The notes beneath the pieces were generated by a model, which was not told the DNA's origin, did not search any database, and worked only from the letters and a program-made list of their open reading frames with translations. Of a DNA stretch of 64,000 bases, positions 1 through 12,194 are shown one piece after another. The stretch is from the NCBI GenBank assembly GCA_963514005.1, contig OY740783.1, forward strand, positions 133,362,001-133,426,000. Reading direction: 5' to 3'. A program made the position numbers and the translations under genes. This DNA comes from Raja brachyura. Lineage: Eukaryota. How positions within the stretch are numbered: the first letter of the stretch is position 1; every line of letters starts with the position of its first letter.

Positions 1-320
1 AATGCTTGCAAACAGTGTCTCTATTGGTTCTAAAATGCTTGCAGAAAGTTTCTATTGGTTCTAAAGTGCTTGCAGAAAGTTTCTATTGATTCTAAAATGC
101 TTGCAGAAAGTTTCTATTGGTTCTAAAATGCTTGAAGAAAGTCTCTATTGGTTCTAAAATGTGCAGAAAGCCTATGTTGGGTCTACAATGGTTGCTGAAA
201 GTGGCTGTTGGGTCTAAAATGGTTGCTGAAAGTGGCTGTTGGGTCTAAAATGGTTGCTGAAAGTGGCTGTTGGGTCTAAAACGGTTGCTGACAGAATGCC
301 TCTGTTGGGTCTAAAATGCT
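1..320. repeat. About 31-bp minisatellite (ctaaaatgcttgcagaaagtttctattggtt and variants) inside the Helitron-like element
   Basis: About 10 visible tandem units. Confidence 0.9.
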
Positions 321-560
321 GCCTGGCCAGAGTGACTGAGCTGCCATCCCAAGAATCCATTTGGCCTACAATGTCCATACTAGCCCTCTGGAAACCAGTC
401 CCTTTGACCCACAACACACATACTAGTGCTCTAGAAAGCCCCCCCCCCCCCCCCACCCCACTGGCCAGCAATATTGGAATTGGTGGAGAGATGGAATATT
501 GCGTTGGGGGAGCAGCCCTCCCGTGTGCAGCTGGGACCCAACGGGTCCCACTTAGTCTAG
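1..560 (+). mobile_element. Non-autonomous Helitron-like element, 3' part, abutting the Tc1 remnant
   Basis: Hairpin GGGACCC-aac-GGGTCCC, then CTAG (557-560) followed by T. Homologous to copies at 7725 and 57078. Confidence 0.7.
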
Positions 561-1627
561 TAATAAAGAAAAATTCCCAAACATCTGTCCAACAGATCAG
601 AAACACTCTTCAGGAGTCGGGTGTGGATTTGTCAATGACCACTGTCCACAGAAGAGAAATACAGAGGCTACAAGATGCAAACCACTGGTTAGCTGCAAAA
701 ATAGGAGAGCCAGGTTACAGTTTGCCAAGAAGTACTTAAACGAGCAACCACAGTTCTGGAAAAAGGTCCTGTGGACAGATGAGATGAAGATTGACTTGTA
801 TCAGAGTGATGACAAGAGCAAAGTATGGAGGAGAGAAGGAACTGCCCAAGATCCAAAGCATACCACCTCATCTGTGCAACACGGTGGTGGGGATGTATTG
901 GCTTGGGCATGTATGGCTGCTGAAGGTACTGGCTCACTTATCTTCATTGATGATACAACTGCTGATGATAGTAGCATAATGAATTCTGAAGTGTATAGAC
1001 ACATCCTATCTGCTCACGTTCAAACAAATGCCTCAAAACTCATTGGCCGGCAGTTCATTCTACAGCAAGACAATGATCCCAAACATACTGCTAAAGCAAC
1101 AACGGAGTTTTTCAAAGCTTAAAAAAAAGCTTAAAAAATGGTCAATTCTTGAGTGGCCAAGTCAATCACCCAATTTGAACCCAACTGAGCATGCCTTTTA
1201 TATGCTGAAGAGAAAACTGAAGGGGACTAGCCCCCAAAACAAGCATACGCTAAAGATGGCTGCAATACAGGCCTGGCAGAGCATCACCAGAGAAGACACC
1301 CAGCAACTGGTGATGTCCATGAATCACAGACTTCAAGCAGTCATTGCATGCAAAGGATATGCAACAAAATACTAAACACGATTACATTCATTTACATGAC
1401 ATTGCTGTGTCCCAAACATTATGGTGCCCTGAAATGGGGGGGACTATGTATGTTTCTGTAATTTCTACATGGTGAAACCAACATGTATAAAAATGGCCTT
1501 TATTAAAATCTGACAATGTGCACTTTAACCACATGTGATGTTTTTCTATTGCAAATCTCAAATTGTGGAGTACAGAGGCGAATAAATAAATGATGGGTCT
1601 TTGTCCCAAACATTATGGAGGGCACTG
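561..1627 (+). mobile_element. Degenerate Tc1-family (IR/DR type) transposon, 3' two-thirds
   Basis: Frameshifted transposase motifs VLWTDEMKI, FILQQDNDPKH, WPSQSPNLNPTE, KGYATKY. Right inverted repeat has two DRs (tgtcccaaacattatgg at 1408 and 1602) and ends CACTG. Confidence 0.9.
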
Positions 1628-3489
1628 TGGCTCTCAATTGCTAACCATTGTAGTGCCCCTCCCATTCCCACGCAGATGTCTCTGTCCTGGACCTCCTCCG
1701 TTGCGGTTCCTGTGCGGTTCCCGGAGGCTTTTGTCCTCTGGCAACCACCTTCAATTGGCATCGCAGGCCACATTTCGTTGTCTCTAATGCATTTCGTTGT
1801 CTCTGTACTGTACACTGACAATGACAATTAAAATTGAATCTGAATCTGAATCTTTGACTAAAAAATTACCGATTTTTAAAATGGAAACCACTTTCGACCA
1901 TTAGGGAGACTGACAAAAACCTCCGGGAACCGTACGGAAACCTTGACGGGGGCATTAGATACTGTTCGCTAATGGGAGGTGATGAGATACATAGTCATTC
2001 AGCCTGGAAACAGGCCCTTTGGCCCGACTCGTCCATGCTGTCCAAGATGCCCCAACAAGCTAGTTGTATGTTCCCACATTTGGCCCTTATCCCATCTAAA
2101 GCTTTCTTATCCATGTGCCTGCGTTTAGTTTGGTTTGGTTAGGTTTAGTTTAGTTTATTGTCACGTGTACCGAGGTCCAGTGAAAAGCTATTTTGTCGCG
2201 TGCTAACCAGTCAGCGGAAATTCATTAATGATTACAATCGAACATTCATGATTACAATGCTATATTTAAGAGGGCGTTAGATGTGGCCCTTGTGGCTAAA
2301 GGGATCAGGGGGTATGGAGAGAAGGCAGGTACAGGATACTGAGTTGGATGATCAGCCATGATCACATTGAATGGCGGTGCAGGCTCGAAGGGCCGAATGG
2401 CCTACTCCTGCACCTATTTTTCTATGTTTCTATGAACCGTCCACAGTGCACAGATACAGGATAAAGGGAATAGTGGAGGTTTAGCAGGTTGGAGCGAGTG
2501 TAATGAATGATTGCAGATCCACTTCCATGAACCGCCCACAGAGTTCTGGCTTGGCCACCATCTTGCTTTTTGTTTAAAAAGTGTATTTTTTCATTTAGAT
2601 GTTAAGTGTCATCCCAACTTGCCCATGCTGATCAACAAGCCCCTTCGTCACTAGTTCCACCTGCCCGTGTTTGGCCCATATCCCTCTAAACCCGTCCTAT
2701 CTATGCACCTGCCCGAATGTCGTTCAAATGTTGTTTCAGTACCTGTCTCAACTACCTCTTCTGGTAGCTTGTTCTATATACCCACCATCCTTTGTGTAAA
2801 AAAGTTGACCCTCAGATTTCTATTAAATCTTTCTCCCCACACTTTAAGCCTATGTCCTCTGTTCTTAGAAACATAGAAAATAGGTGCAGGAGTAGCCTTT
2901 GAGGCAGCACCGCCATTCATTGTGATCATGGCTGATCATCCCCAATCAATAACCCGTGCCTGCCTCCTCCCCATATCCCTTGATTCCACCAGTCCCTAGA
3001 GCTCTATCTAACTCTCTCTTAAATCCATCCAGTGATTTGGCCTCCACTGCCCTCTGTGGCAGGGAATTCCACAAATTCACAAATCTCTGGGTGAAAAAAT
3101 ATTTCTCACCTCAGTCTTAAATGGACTCGCCTTTATTCTAAGACTGTGGCCCCTTCTTGATGCCCCTACCCTGGGTAAAGACTGTGTGTTCACCTTATCT
3201 ATTCCTCTCATGATTTTGTACACCTCGCTAAGATCACGCCTCATCCTTCTGTGTTCCAAGGTGCAAAGCCCTAGCCTGCCCAACCTCTCCCTGAAGCTGG
3301 GGCCCCTTGAATCCTGGCAGCATCATCGTAAATCTTCTCTGCATCCTTCCCTATGTAACCACGTCTTTCCTGCAGCAGGATGACAAAAGCTGAACACAAA
3401 AAACTGACCAGAATACTCCAAACGCAGCCTCAACAATATATTGTATAAGGAGCTGCTGGAGGAGGTTGTCGAGACGGGTATTATCACGA

Positions 3490-4055
3490 CACTTATCAAA
3501 AGGCACAATAGAGGATGTACTTCCTACGGCAGCTGAGGAAGCACAATCTGCCACAGGCAACGATGGTCCAATTTTACACAGCCGTCGTAGAGTCTGTTCT
3601 CACCTTCTCCATCATGGTCTGGTTTGGCTCAGCCACCAAGCACGACACCTGGAGGCTGCAGAGAAGGTTATTAGCTGCAACCTTCCCTCCATTGATGAAC
3701 TGTACACTGCAAGGGCCAGGAAGCGAGCGGGCAAGATCATCTCTGACCCCTCTCACACTGGCCACAAACTCTTTGAATCACTTCCCTCTGGAAGGTGACT
3801 CCGGACTGTCAAAGCTGCCACAGCCAGACATGAAATAACAGCTTTTATCCACGAGTAGTTGCTCTACTCACCAGCCAAAAATCTGTAGCCTCCCTTTGCT
3901 CTGGTATTTTATTTAATTAATACCATGTTTAATCGATAATGTTTTATTATTAATGTTTAATGTTTTGTGTGTAATTCCTAACTGTCACTATGTCATGTTG
4001 TCACTTGCAAATTCCTTGTATGTGAATACTTAGCCAATTAACTTATTCATTAATT
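3490..4055 (+). mobile_element. Rex1/Babar-like non-LTR retrotransposon 3' fragment
   Basis: MYFLRQLRK...ESVLTFSI.VWFG...DPSH.GH.LF..LPSGR C-terminal motifs. Near-identical copy at 18150-18970. Confidence 0.75.
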
Positions 4056-4359
4056 TAGAAACATTTCGACAGGTACATGGATATGACGGGTTCAGAGGGA
4101 TATGGGCCAAACGCATGTAGGAAAGACTATTGTAGATGGGGCAAGTTGGGATGAAGGGCCTGTTTCCACGTTGTATGACTCCATAACACTAAATGATTCG
4201 ATGAAGAGTACAATTGAGAAACATTCTTTAAACAGCTCCCATGCTTCTAACGAAACATGATGAGTTATCATTTCCTCATCCGCGTTTGGTGTATCTTTGA
4301 AGCATTAACCCACAAAAATTGTGGGGGGTTCAGTCAGTCAGATGGAGGAGAGATTTGGA

Positions 4360-4670
4360 CTTTAGAGATCCAGCATGGAAACAGGTACTTCGGCCCAGCG
4401 AGCCCGCGCCGACCAGCGATCACCCTGTACACTAGTTCTGTCCCACGAACACTGGGGACAATTTACAATTTTCTTACTGAAGCCAATTCATCTACAAACC
4501 CGCACGTCTTTGGAGTGTGGGAGGAAACCTGAGCTCCCACAGAAAACCCACGCAGTCACAGGAGGAACGTGGAAATTCCGTACAGACAGCACCCGTAGTC
4601 AGGATCTAACCTGGGTCTCTGGTGCAGTAACGCACCGGCTCTTCCCGCTGTGCCACCGTACTGCCCATTG
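4360..4670 (-). mobile_element. HE1/V-SINE-type tRNA-derived SINE (representative of more than 12 copies, e.g. 6005, 10575, 21220, 22555, 27905, 37385, 42205, 45715, 47225, 47565)
   Basis: tRNA-like head (ggcacggtggcgcagcggtagag...gggttcgatcc), core gctgtctgtacggagtttgtacgttctcccc, CR1-derived tail gggccgaagggcctgtttcc. Confidence 0.8.
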
Positions 4671-4849
4671 TTGGAGATTGTAGGATTAAGGAGGAGGAAA
4701 GTGGCCTATGGTAAAATATCAGCCACACACCCATTGAGTGATAGAACAAGCATGATGGGCAGAATGTCCTCCTCTCGCCTCTGCTACTAATGTTCTATTT
4801 GACTGTGGGAACCGTCACAGGCATCTCCAGACCTCTCTGTATCCCTGTC

Positions 4850-5210
4850 GACAGGCACCAAAAGCTGGAGTAATTCTGCAGGGACAGGCAGCATCTCTGG
4901 AGAAAAGGAATGGGTGATGTTTCGCGTCGAGACCCTTCTTCAGACTGAGAGACAGGGGAAAGGGAAACAAGAGATATAGACGGTGATAGAGACAAATGGA
5001 TCAAATGAATGAAAGATTAAGGAATAGAGCTCACAATTGTCCATTGTTGGCACTGGGGTAGGTGATAATGAGTTAAACAAACTCAACAGGACGACAATGA
5101 AACTAGTACGATGACTAGGGTGCGGGAGGGATGGAGAGGGAGGGGATGCAAGGGTTACTTGAAGTTGGACCAACCAATATTCATACTGCTGGCTTGTAAG
5201 CTTCCCGAGC
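4850..5210 (-). mobile_element. Penelope-like element 3' end
   Basis: Minus strand reads GSLQASSMNIGWSNFK* (PLE C-terminus-like), followed by a terminal repeat containing CTGAAGA-AGGGTCTCGACGC-GAAAC. Confidence 0.65.
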
Positions 5211-6246
5211 CAAATACTCCTGTCGTTCAGTTTAGACAGGCTGAACCTTTTTAAGAATTAAGAATAAGGGGTAGACATTAATTTGGGTCTGAGATGAAAA
5301 GCTTTTTCACCCAGGGGTGAGTTGCATATCTGTGGAATTCTCTGCCACAGAAGGCAGTGGAGGCCAATTCATTGGATGTTTTCAAGAGAGAGTTAGATTT
5401 TGCTCTTAGGGCTAATGGAATCAAGGGATATGGAGAGAAGGCAGGAACGGGGTACTGATTGGGGACGATCAGCAGTGATCGTATTGAATGGCGGTGCTGA
5501 CTCGAAGGGTCGAATGGCCGACTCCTGCACTTATTGTCTACTCCTGCACCTATTGTCTATGTTTCTATGTTTTCCCAGGCTGGGAATGTCTCGCTATCTG
5601 TTTTCATGTTTCTTGTGAGGCCCACCATCTCATTTAATGAATGTTCTAATTGTTAGTCTTGTTGTAATATAGGGTGAATGCCCAGTGTGCAGAATAGTGC
5701 ATTGGAAAACTGGTATTACATTTACAGAGCAATGCACAGTCTTTTACCCAGGATACGGGAATCAAGGACATGGTGCATAGAAAGGAACTGCAGACGTTGG
5801 TTTAAACCGAAGAAAGACACAAAAAGCTGGAGTAACTCAGCGCGGCAGGCAGCATCACTGGAGAGCAGGAATGGGTGACGTTTCTGGTCGAGACCCTTCT
5901 GCAGCCTGGTCCTTGGACATGCAGAGGAGTCAGGAGCTAGTCGGCGCTGATGGTGCTCGGTGAGTGAAGTCCGGAGAAGGAGGTTAGTATGGTGTTAGAT
6001 TTAGGGGGCGGCACGGTGGCGCAACCTTCCTGGTAGAGCAGCTGCCTGGCAGTGCCAGAGACCCGAGTTAAATCCTGATATCGGGCACTGTCTGTCTGTG
6101 TGTGGAGTTTGCACGTTCTCCCCGTGACCCAGTGGGTTCCCACCGGGTGTCCGCCTTTCACCCCCATTCCAAAGACGTGCGGGATTGTGGGTTAATCGGC
6201 CTCTATTAATGGCCCCTTGTAATGTTTTAGTTTAGAAATAGATTTA

Positions 6247-7312
6247 AGGGCCTGTCCCACTTGGACGACCTAGTTTAGAAAACCCTACAAGAGTTGAAAA
6301 AAATGTCAAGGTCGTGTTGACTCGACAAAAAGGCCTCCTACGACTATGTATACGATCTCCTACGACTATGTCTACGACCTTGTCTATGACCTCCTACGAC
6401 TATGTCTACGATCTCCTATGACTATGTCTACGACCTTGTCTATGACCTCCTACGACTATGTCTACGACCTTGTCTATGACCTCCTACGACTATGTCTACG
6501 ATCTCCTATGACTATGTCTACGACCTTGTCTATGACCTCCTACGACTATGTCTACGACCTCCTACGACTATGTCTACGACCTCCTACGACTATGTCTACG
6601 ATCTCCTACGACTATGTCTACAACCTCGTCTATGACCTCCTACGACTATGTCTACGATCTCCTAACTATGTCTACGACCTTGTCTATGACCTCCTACGAC
6701 TCCGTCTACGACCTCCTACGACTATGTCTACGACCTCCTACGACTATGTCTACGACCTCCTACGACTATGTCGACGACCTCCTACGACTATGTCTATGAC
6801 TACGTCTACGACCTCCTATGACTATGTCTACGACCTCGACTACGACCTCCTACGACTATGTCTACGGCGTCCTACGACCCCCCTCGACCTCAGTCTTCCA
6901 CACCTAAGACCAACTACGACTAACTACGAGTGGAAAATGATCACATGATAAAATTATGTCATGTTTGCATTTTCTTTCTCGGGCCAGTTACCGACCTACG
7001 ATTACCTACAACTATCTATGACCTACCTACGACTACCATCACGACCTACTATGACTTACCTACAACCTATCTACGAGTAAAAAGTGTCCATATTTTCCAT
7101 GCCGCCCTTTTTTTAAACTTGTGGACATTTTTTATCAGGCTGGAAAAAACGCCGCGACCTACTTGAGGCCACAAGTACACGGGGACCACTCACGAGCATG
7201 AGGAAGAGTTACGAAGACCTCCTACGAGCTTGTGGCGACCACGCTGCGATTATGAGTCAAGGGCAAACTCGGCAGAGGTCACCAATTAGGTCGTGAAAGT
7301 GGAGCAGGGGCT
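6247..7312. mobile_element. Non-autonomous PIF/Harbinger-like element with an internal (ctacga/ctatgt/cct) satellite
   Basis: TIR AGGGCCTGTCCCACT, 3-bp TTA TSD on both sides, expanded internal repeat 6335-7075. Confidence 0.75.
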
Positions 7313-7724
7313 TTAGTTTTAGGTTAGAGCGTTGAAACGGGCCCTTCGGCCCATGGAGTCCACGCTGACCAACAATCACCTGCTCACACTAATTCCATGT
7401 CGTCCCATTTTCTCATCTACTCCTGACACACTGGGGGCCGTTTACAGTGTGTAGAGAGTCCATGAGAAAGTGAGATGATGTAGAACTGATGCTCGACGTG
7501 GCTTCAGTGGCCTGATTCCATGTTACATCTCCAATCCAAGCTAATCAATAATCTAAACTGATAGCATGGATCAGTACGGACTTTACCTGAGAAAGGTTGG
7601 GCCAGTTCAGTAGTGATACGGTATGCTCTGCGTTGGGTGCGATGGATATGACTGAATGCAACGGCCAAAGGAAGAGGAAACAATAATTTAAATTATCTGA
7701 AAGATTGCAACTAACATATTTTTA

Positions 7725-8225
7725 CTAGACTAAGTGTGTTGGGTCCCAGCTTCACACGGGACGGCTGGTCCCCCAATATTGCTGGCCGGGGGGGGGACTT
7801 TTCTGGAGCGCTAGTATGGGTGTTGTGGGCCGAAGGGACACATAACACCACATAAAGGGCACTCACAGTTCAATAGACACTCAGTGTTGTGTAGATTCCC
7901 AGCTCAGACTGAGAGTCATGGCCTCTCCCTCGCCATCTTGCAGCGACTGAGCCACGTCGTGACTTCCGGGTTGTATAGTCTCTCCCGCACCCCCCTCGGT
8001 GGGGCATGACCTTCATCGCGGTTATTGACAGGAGAAAGAATCTCAAGATTTTTTAAACACTAATAACTCTTTTATTTTTAATCGATGGGAAAAATCCTCG
8101 GTGCCTGATCATCGGAGGAGGACTCTGGGTAAGATGGCCAAAAAAAACACAGCCCTATATAGTCACGTTTTTTCTAAAATCAAACAACAGCGCAAACAGG
8201 AAGTGGTCGAGATGAGACTTTTAAT
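7725..8225 (-). mobile_element. Helitron-like element, internally deleted copy
   Basis: CTAG|T terminus at 7725-7728 and collinear similarity to 57078-57827. Confidence 0.6.
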
Positions 8226-9074
8226 TATTTACTTGTATGTTTCCAGAAACATACAAGTAGACACTTATTGAAGAATCACCCATGCTCTGGGTTGGGTCAG
8301 TGAAGATATGGGCTTATTTGGAACACACTTCGCCACACCTCTATGCATTTTAGTTGTAAAGGTCTTAAACAGACAACCTCAGGCTGAGAAGCACATATAA
8401 CCTTATAGCAAGTCCCCTTTCTTCTTCGAGACACAAGGAACTGCAGATGCTGGATACAAAAAAAGACACAAGGTGCTGGAGTAACTCTGCGGGTCAGGCA
8501 GCATCTCTGGAGAACATGGATATCATCTGATATTTCATGAAGTTTTGAAAGTCTTACGAAGAGTAAAAGGTCTGAATAGAAATAGTTGTCAAAGGTATCG
8601 TTGAGAAAAGGGGAAGTACAATGGGATCTGGGGGTCCTTGTTCATCAGTCAATGGAAGTAAGCATGCAGGTACAGCAGGCAGTGAAGAAAGTGAATGGCA
8701 TGTTGGCCTTCATAACAAGAGGAGTTGAGTATGGGAGCAAAGAGTTCCTTCTGCAGTTGTACAGTGCCCTAGTGAGACCACACATGGAGTATTGTGTGCA
8801 GTTTTGGCGATATGGGGAGAAGGCAGGAACGGGGTACTGATTGTGGATGATCAGCCATATCACATTGAATGGTGGTGCTGGCCCCATATCCCCTGACTCC
8901 GCTATCTTCAGGAGCCCTATCTAGCTCTCTCTTGAAAGTTTCCAGAGAACCGGCCTCCAACGCTCTTTGAGGCAGACAACTCCACAGACTCACAACTCTC
9001 GGCATGAAAACGTGTTTCCACATCCACTCCAGACAATAGAGAATAGGTGCAGGTATAGGCCATTCGGTCCTATA

Positions 9075-9514
9075 ATATAAAATATCATAATATTATTATT
9101 TCGTATAACTTCCCTCTTACATTTTCTGTAAAACTGGAAGGAATGGCAAATAAACAGCCGTGCTGGAGATTTAACCCACAAATACTTGCAGAGGCTAGTT
9201 GTTGTGACTATCTGAAGGTACAGATAAAAACTTTTTTTGAGATAAACGGCACTCCTGGTATTTCTCCATCCTTGCTTTGGGAAACTTATAAAGCCTATCT
9301 TAGAGGCTGCATTATTTCATATCAAGCCTTTCAAAATAAGAAAAATAGGGCAGAACTATTGAAATTAGAAAAAGAAATAAAACAATTAGACTTAGAAAAT
9401 GCGGCTGACCTGTCCATAATAAAACACAATAAGATAGCTGCACTCAAATTCAAGCTAAACCAGATACTTTCGGCAAGAATCAGCAGGGCATTTCAATATA
9501 CTAAACAAAAATAG
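9075..9514 (+). mobile_element. L1 ORF2 internal fragment
   Basis: WRFNPQIL...LLWETYKAYLRGCIIS aligns with the two long L1 copies in the window. Confidence 0.8.
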
Positions 9515-9534
9515 TATATAATCAAAAAAAAATC

Positions 9535-9742
9535 ATTATAGTACAACAGTGCATACATTGTTTATAATACTCTCAACCCCATGCGGTGACCAGCGCCCAC
9601 GGAAGGCCTCCAGAGTCCCCGTGGACACCGTGTGTTCCCTCTCCAGGGTCACACGTGCACGGACGTGGGCCCGAAAGAGGGGCAGGCATCCGACTGTAGC
9701 CTGACCATCGACCGCCCACTGCCTGGACCCGCGAATGGACCC
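9535..9742 (-). mobile_element. Tx1-like LINE 3' fragment
   Basis: CLPLFRAHVRARVTLEREH..STGTLEAFRGRWSP.GV. Second copy at 34191. Confidence 0.65.
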
Positions 9743-10182
9743 TCCATCCCTCTCTCTCCCTCTCCCTCCAGCCTCCTCCATCCCTTTCTCCATCTCTTTC
9801 CCCACTCTTTCTCTCCCCCCCCCTCTCTTTCTCTCTCTCCACCCCCCCCCTCTCTCTCCTCTCTCTCTCTCTCTCTTTTTCTCTTTTTCTCTTTCTCTTG
9901 CTCTCTTCCCCTCCCTTTACACTTCAAAGATTTGTTCTGTATTCATGCCTTCTATAATTCTGTTGTGCTGAAGCAAAGCAAGAATTGCATTGTCCTATCT
10001 GGGACGCATGACAATAAACTCTCTTGAATCTTGAGGTACAGTGTGGAAACAGTCCCTTTGGCAAACCAAGACCACGCCGGCCAGTGACCGGCCCGTGCAC
10101 GTCTCGGTGAAGTTTTGTAACTGTGTTGGCGCCAGAGTGGTGGCGATCTTATGCGCTGCCTCAGTGATGTCTGCTGTATGAT

Positions 10183-10188
10183 TTTATT
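10183..10188 (-). terminator. Probable polyadenylation signal of the receptor gene
   Basis: AATAAA on the minus strand in the unique sequence after the stop codon. Confidence 0.55.
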
Positions 10189-10377
10189 GGGTTGTATGCC
10201 GTTGAATACGGCAGGGATGGTGCCAGTGTCGTTTGCATCCAAACAGAAGGTGTGCAGAAAGCCGTGGGGTATGTCAGTGGCGATGAGGGGCGAGCCACGT
10301 AGTCGCCCTGGACAGGGGTGGGAGCCGGCGCGTGCCACCTCTCACCAGGATCCGTGCCCATCGCCCATCTCCAGCCG

Positions 10378-10412
10378 CTACCGACTCGTCACCACCGCGG
10401 CGTAGATCACCT
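10378..10412 (-). CDS. Exon 8, terminal, ITIM VIYAAV: EVIYAAVVTSR*
   Basis: Acceptor ttcttgtgtttcag, phase 1, canonical V-x-Y-x-x-V, TAG stop, non-repetitive 3' UTR with AATAAA about 190 nt downstream. Confidence 0.82.
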
Positions 10413-10829
10413 CTGAAACACAAGAAGCAAATGTTGGTGTAGGTGGGCGCAGTGGCGTGGGAGTGGGGGAAGGGGCAGACCCTTACCACTCACCCTCAGA
10501 GTGGGAACACACGGCAACAGGGCCAGGACTCGAGGGCCTGAGCTATAGGGAGGGGTTAGGCAGGCTAGGACTCTATTAGTTTAGAGACACAGAGCGGAAA
10601 CAGGCCCTTCGGCCCACCGAGTCCGCACCTACCAGCGAACCCCGCACATTAACACTGTCCTACACACTCTGGGGAAAATGTTACATTTATATCGTCAATT
10701 AACCTACAAACCTGTACGTCTTTGGAGTGTGGGAGGAAACCGAAGATCTCGGAGAAAACACGCAGGTCACGGGGAGAACGTGCAAACTCCGTACAGAGAT
10801 GATAAGGAGACCTGTACCCTCCTATCACT

Positions 10830-11400
10830 TGTATGAACATTGACTTCTCTAATTTCCGATAGTCCTTACTTTCTCCTCCCCTTCTCAGCTCTCCCTCTAG
10901 CCCTCTGGCTCCTCCTCTTCCTTTCTTCTTCCCGCCTTCCCACCCTCACATCAGTCTGAAGAAGGGTTTTGGCCCAAAACGTTGCCTATTTCCTTCGCTC
11001 CATAGAGGCTGCCGCACCCGCTGAGTTTCCCCAGCATTTTTGTCTACCTTCATATCACTTGCCAGGTTTTGTTCCGCCCCATCTCTCTCCCAGCTTTCTC
11101 CCCTCTACTACAATCAGTCTGAAGAAGGGTCACAACTCGAAACGTCACCTATCCATGTTCTCCACAGATGCTGCCTGACCCGCTGAGTTACTCCAGCACT
11201 CTGTGAAACGTCACCTATCCATGTTCCCCACAGATGCTGCCTGACCCGCTGAGTTACTCCAGCACTCTGTGAAACGTCACCTATCCATGTTCTCCACAGA
11301 TGCTGCCTGACCCGCTGAGTTACTCCAGCACTCTGTGAAACGTCACCTATCCATCGTCTCCAGTGGTGCTGTCAGACCCGCTGAGTTACTCCAAAACTTT
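10830..11400 (+). mobile_element. Penelope-like 3' ends plus about 4 tandem 66-bp terminal-repeat units
   Basis: MNIDFSNFR* at about 10833, CTGAAGA cores near 10956 and 11119, 66-bp unit gaaacgtcacctatccatg...cagcactctgt. Inverted array at 17290-17485. Confidence 0.7.
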
Positions 11401-11679
11401 GTGAACGGCCCTTCCATAAGCTAGGTGGCTGTCCGATTCACCTCTACCCCATTGCGGACATTGGACTTTGTCTCTGGAACTGATGTGCTACTATGCTGTG
11501 AACTATACTCTGGACTCTGCATCTTATCACCCTCTCGATTATCAGACTACTGGACTCTACCTATTGTATTTGAGTTTGAACTGATTGTATTAACATGTGG
11601 TATATCTGATCTTTTGGATAGCATGCAACACAAAGTTTTTACTCGGTAGCTCAGGACACATGATAATAATAAACCTAAA

Positions 11680-12183
11680 TGTAAACACTCAGACCCAAAA
11701 CGTCACCCATTCCTTCTCTCCAGAGATGCTGCCAGTCTCGCTGAGTTACTCCTGCATTTTGTGTCCATCTTCAATCGTCTTGACCCCGCTCTGGGAGTAG
11801 GAGTGGGGGCGGATCCGATTCCACACTCCTCCACGTCACTCCATGCACACGTCCCACGTTACCCACGGGCTACCAGATCGCGTAAATGGCGCGTAAATGA
11901 CGGCCATGTGGGACGGGCCCTTTAATGTCAAAATTGTCCCCTAGTGTAGGGTAGTGTTAATGTGCGGGGATCGCTGGTCGGTGCGGGCACGGTGAGCGGA
12001 AGGGCCTGTTTCCACGCTGTATCTCTAAACTCAACTAAAGTAAAGTAGGAACAGAATCATTCTCACCTGAGTTTGCAGCTTCAGGTTTCTGCTCACCTGG
12101 AAGTAAAGGAGAATGTGCCATTAGTCAACCAGTCGAACTGTGAGGGATGTGGGAATTGGTGTTGAGAGGAATAGATCGGGTAG
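11680..12183 (+). repeat. Left copy of a 504-bp direct duplication flanking L1
   Basis: Collinear with 16057-16560, roughly 95% identical by eye. Confidence 0.9.
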
Positions 12184-12194
12184 ACGCACAGTCT

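Noticed and set aside
6346-6948. 200-aa YDYVYDL repeat ORF
   Set aside because: By-product of a stop-free satellite inside a MITE.
11140-11400. CRISPR-like or other repeat-spacer array (also 57832-58070 and 56330-56610)
   Set aside because: Contiguous tandem units without unique spacers in eukaryotic DNA.
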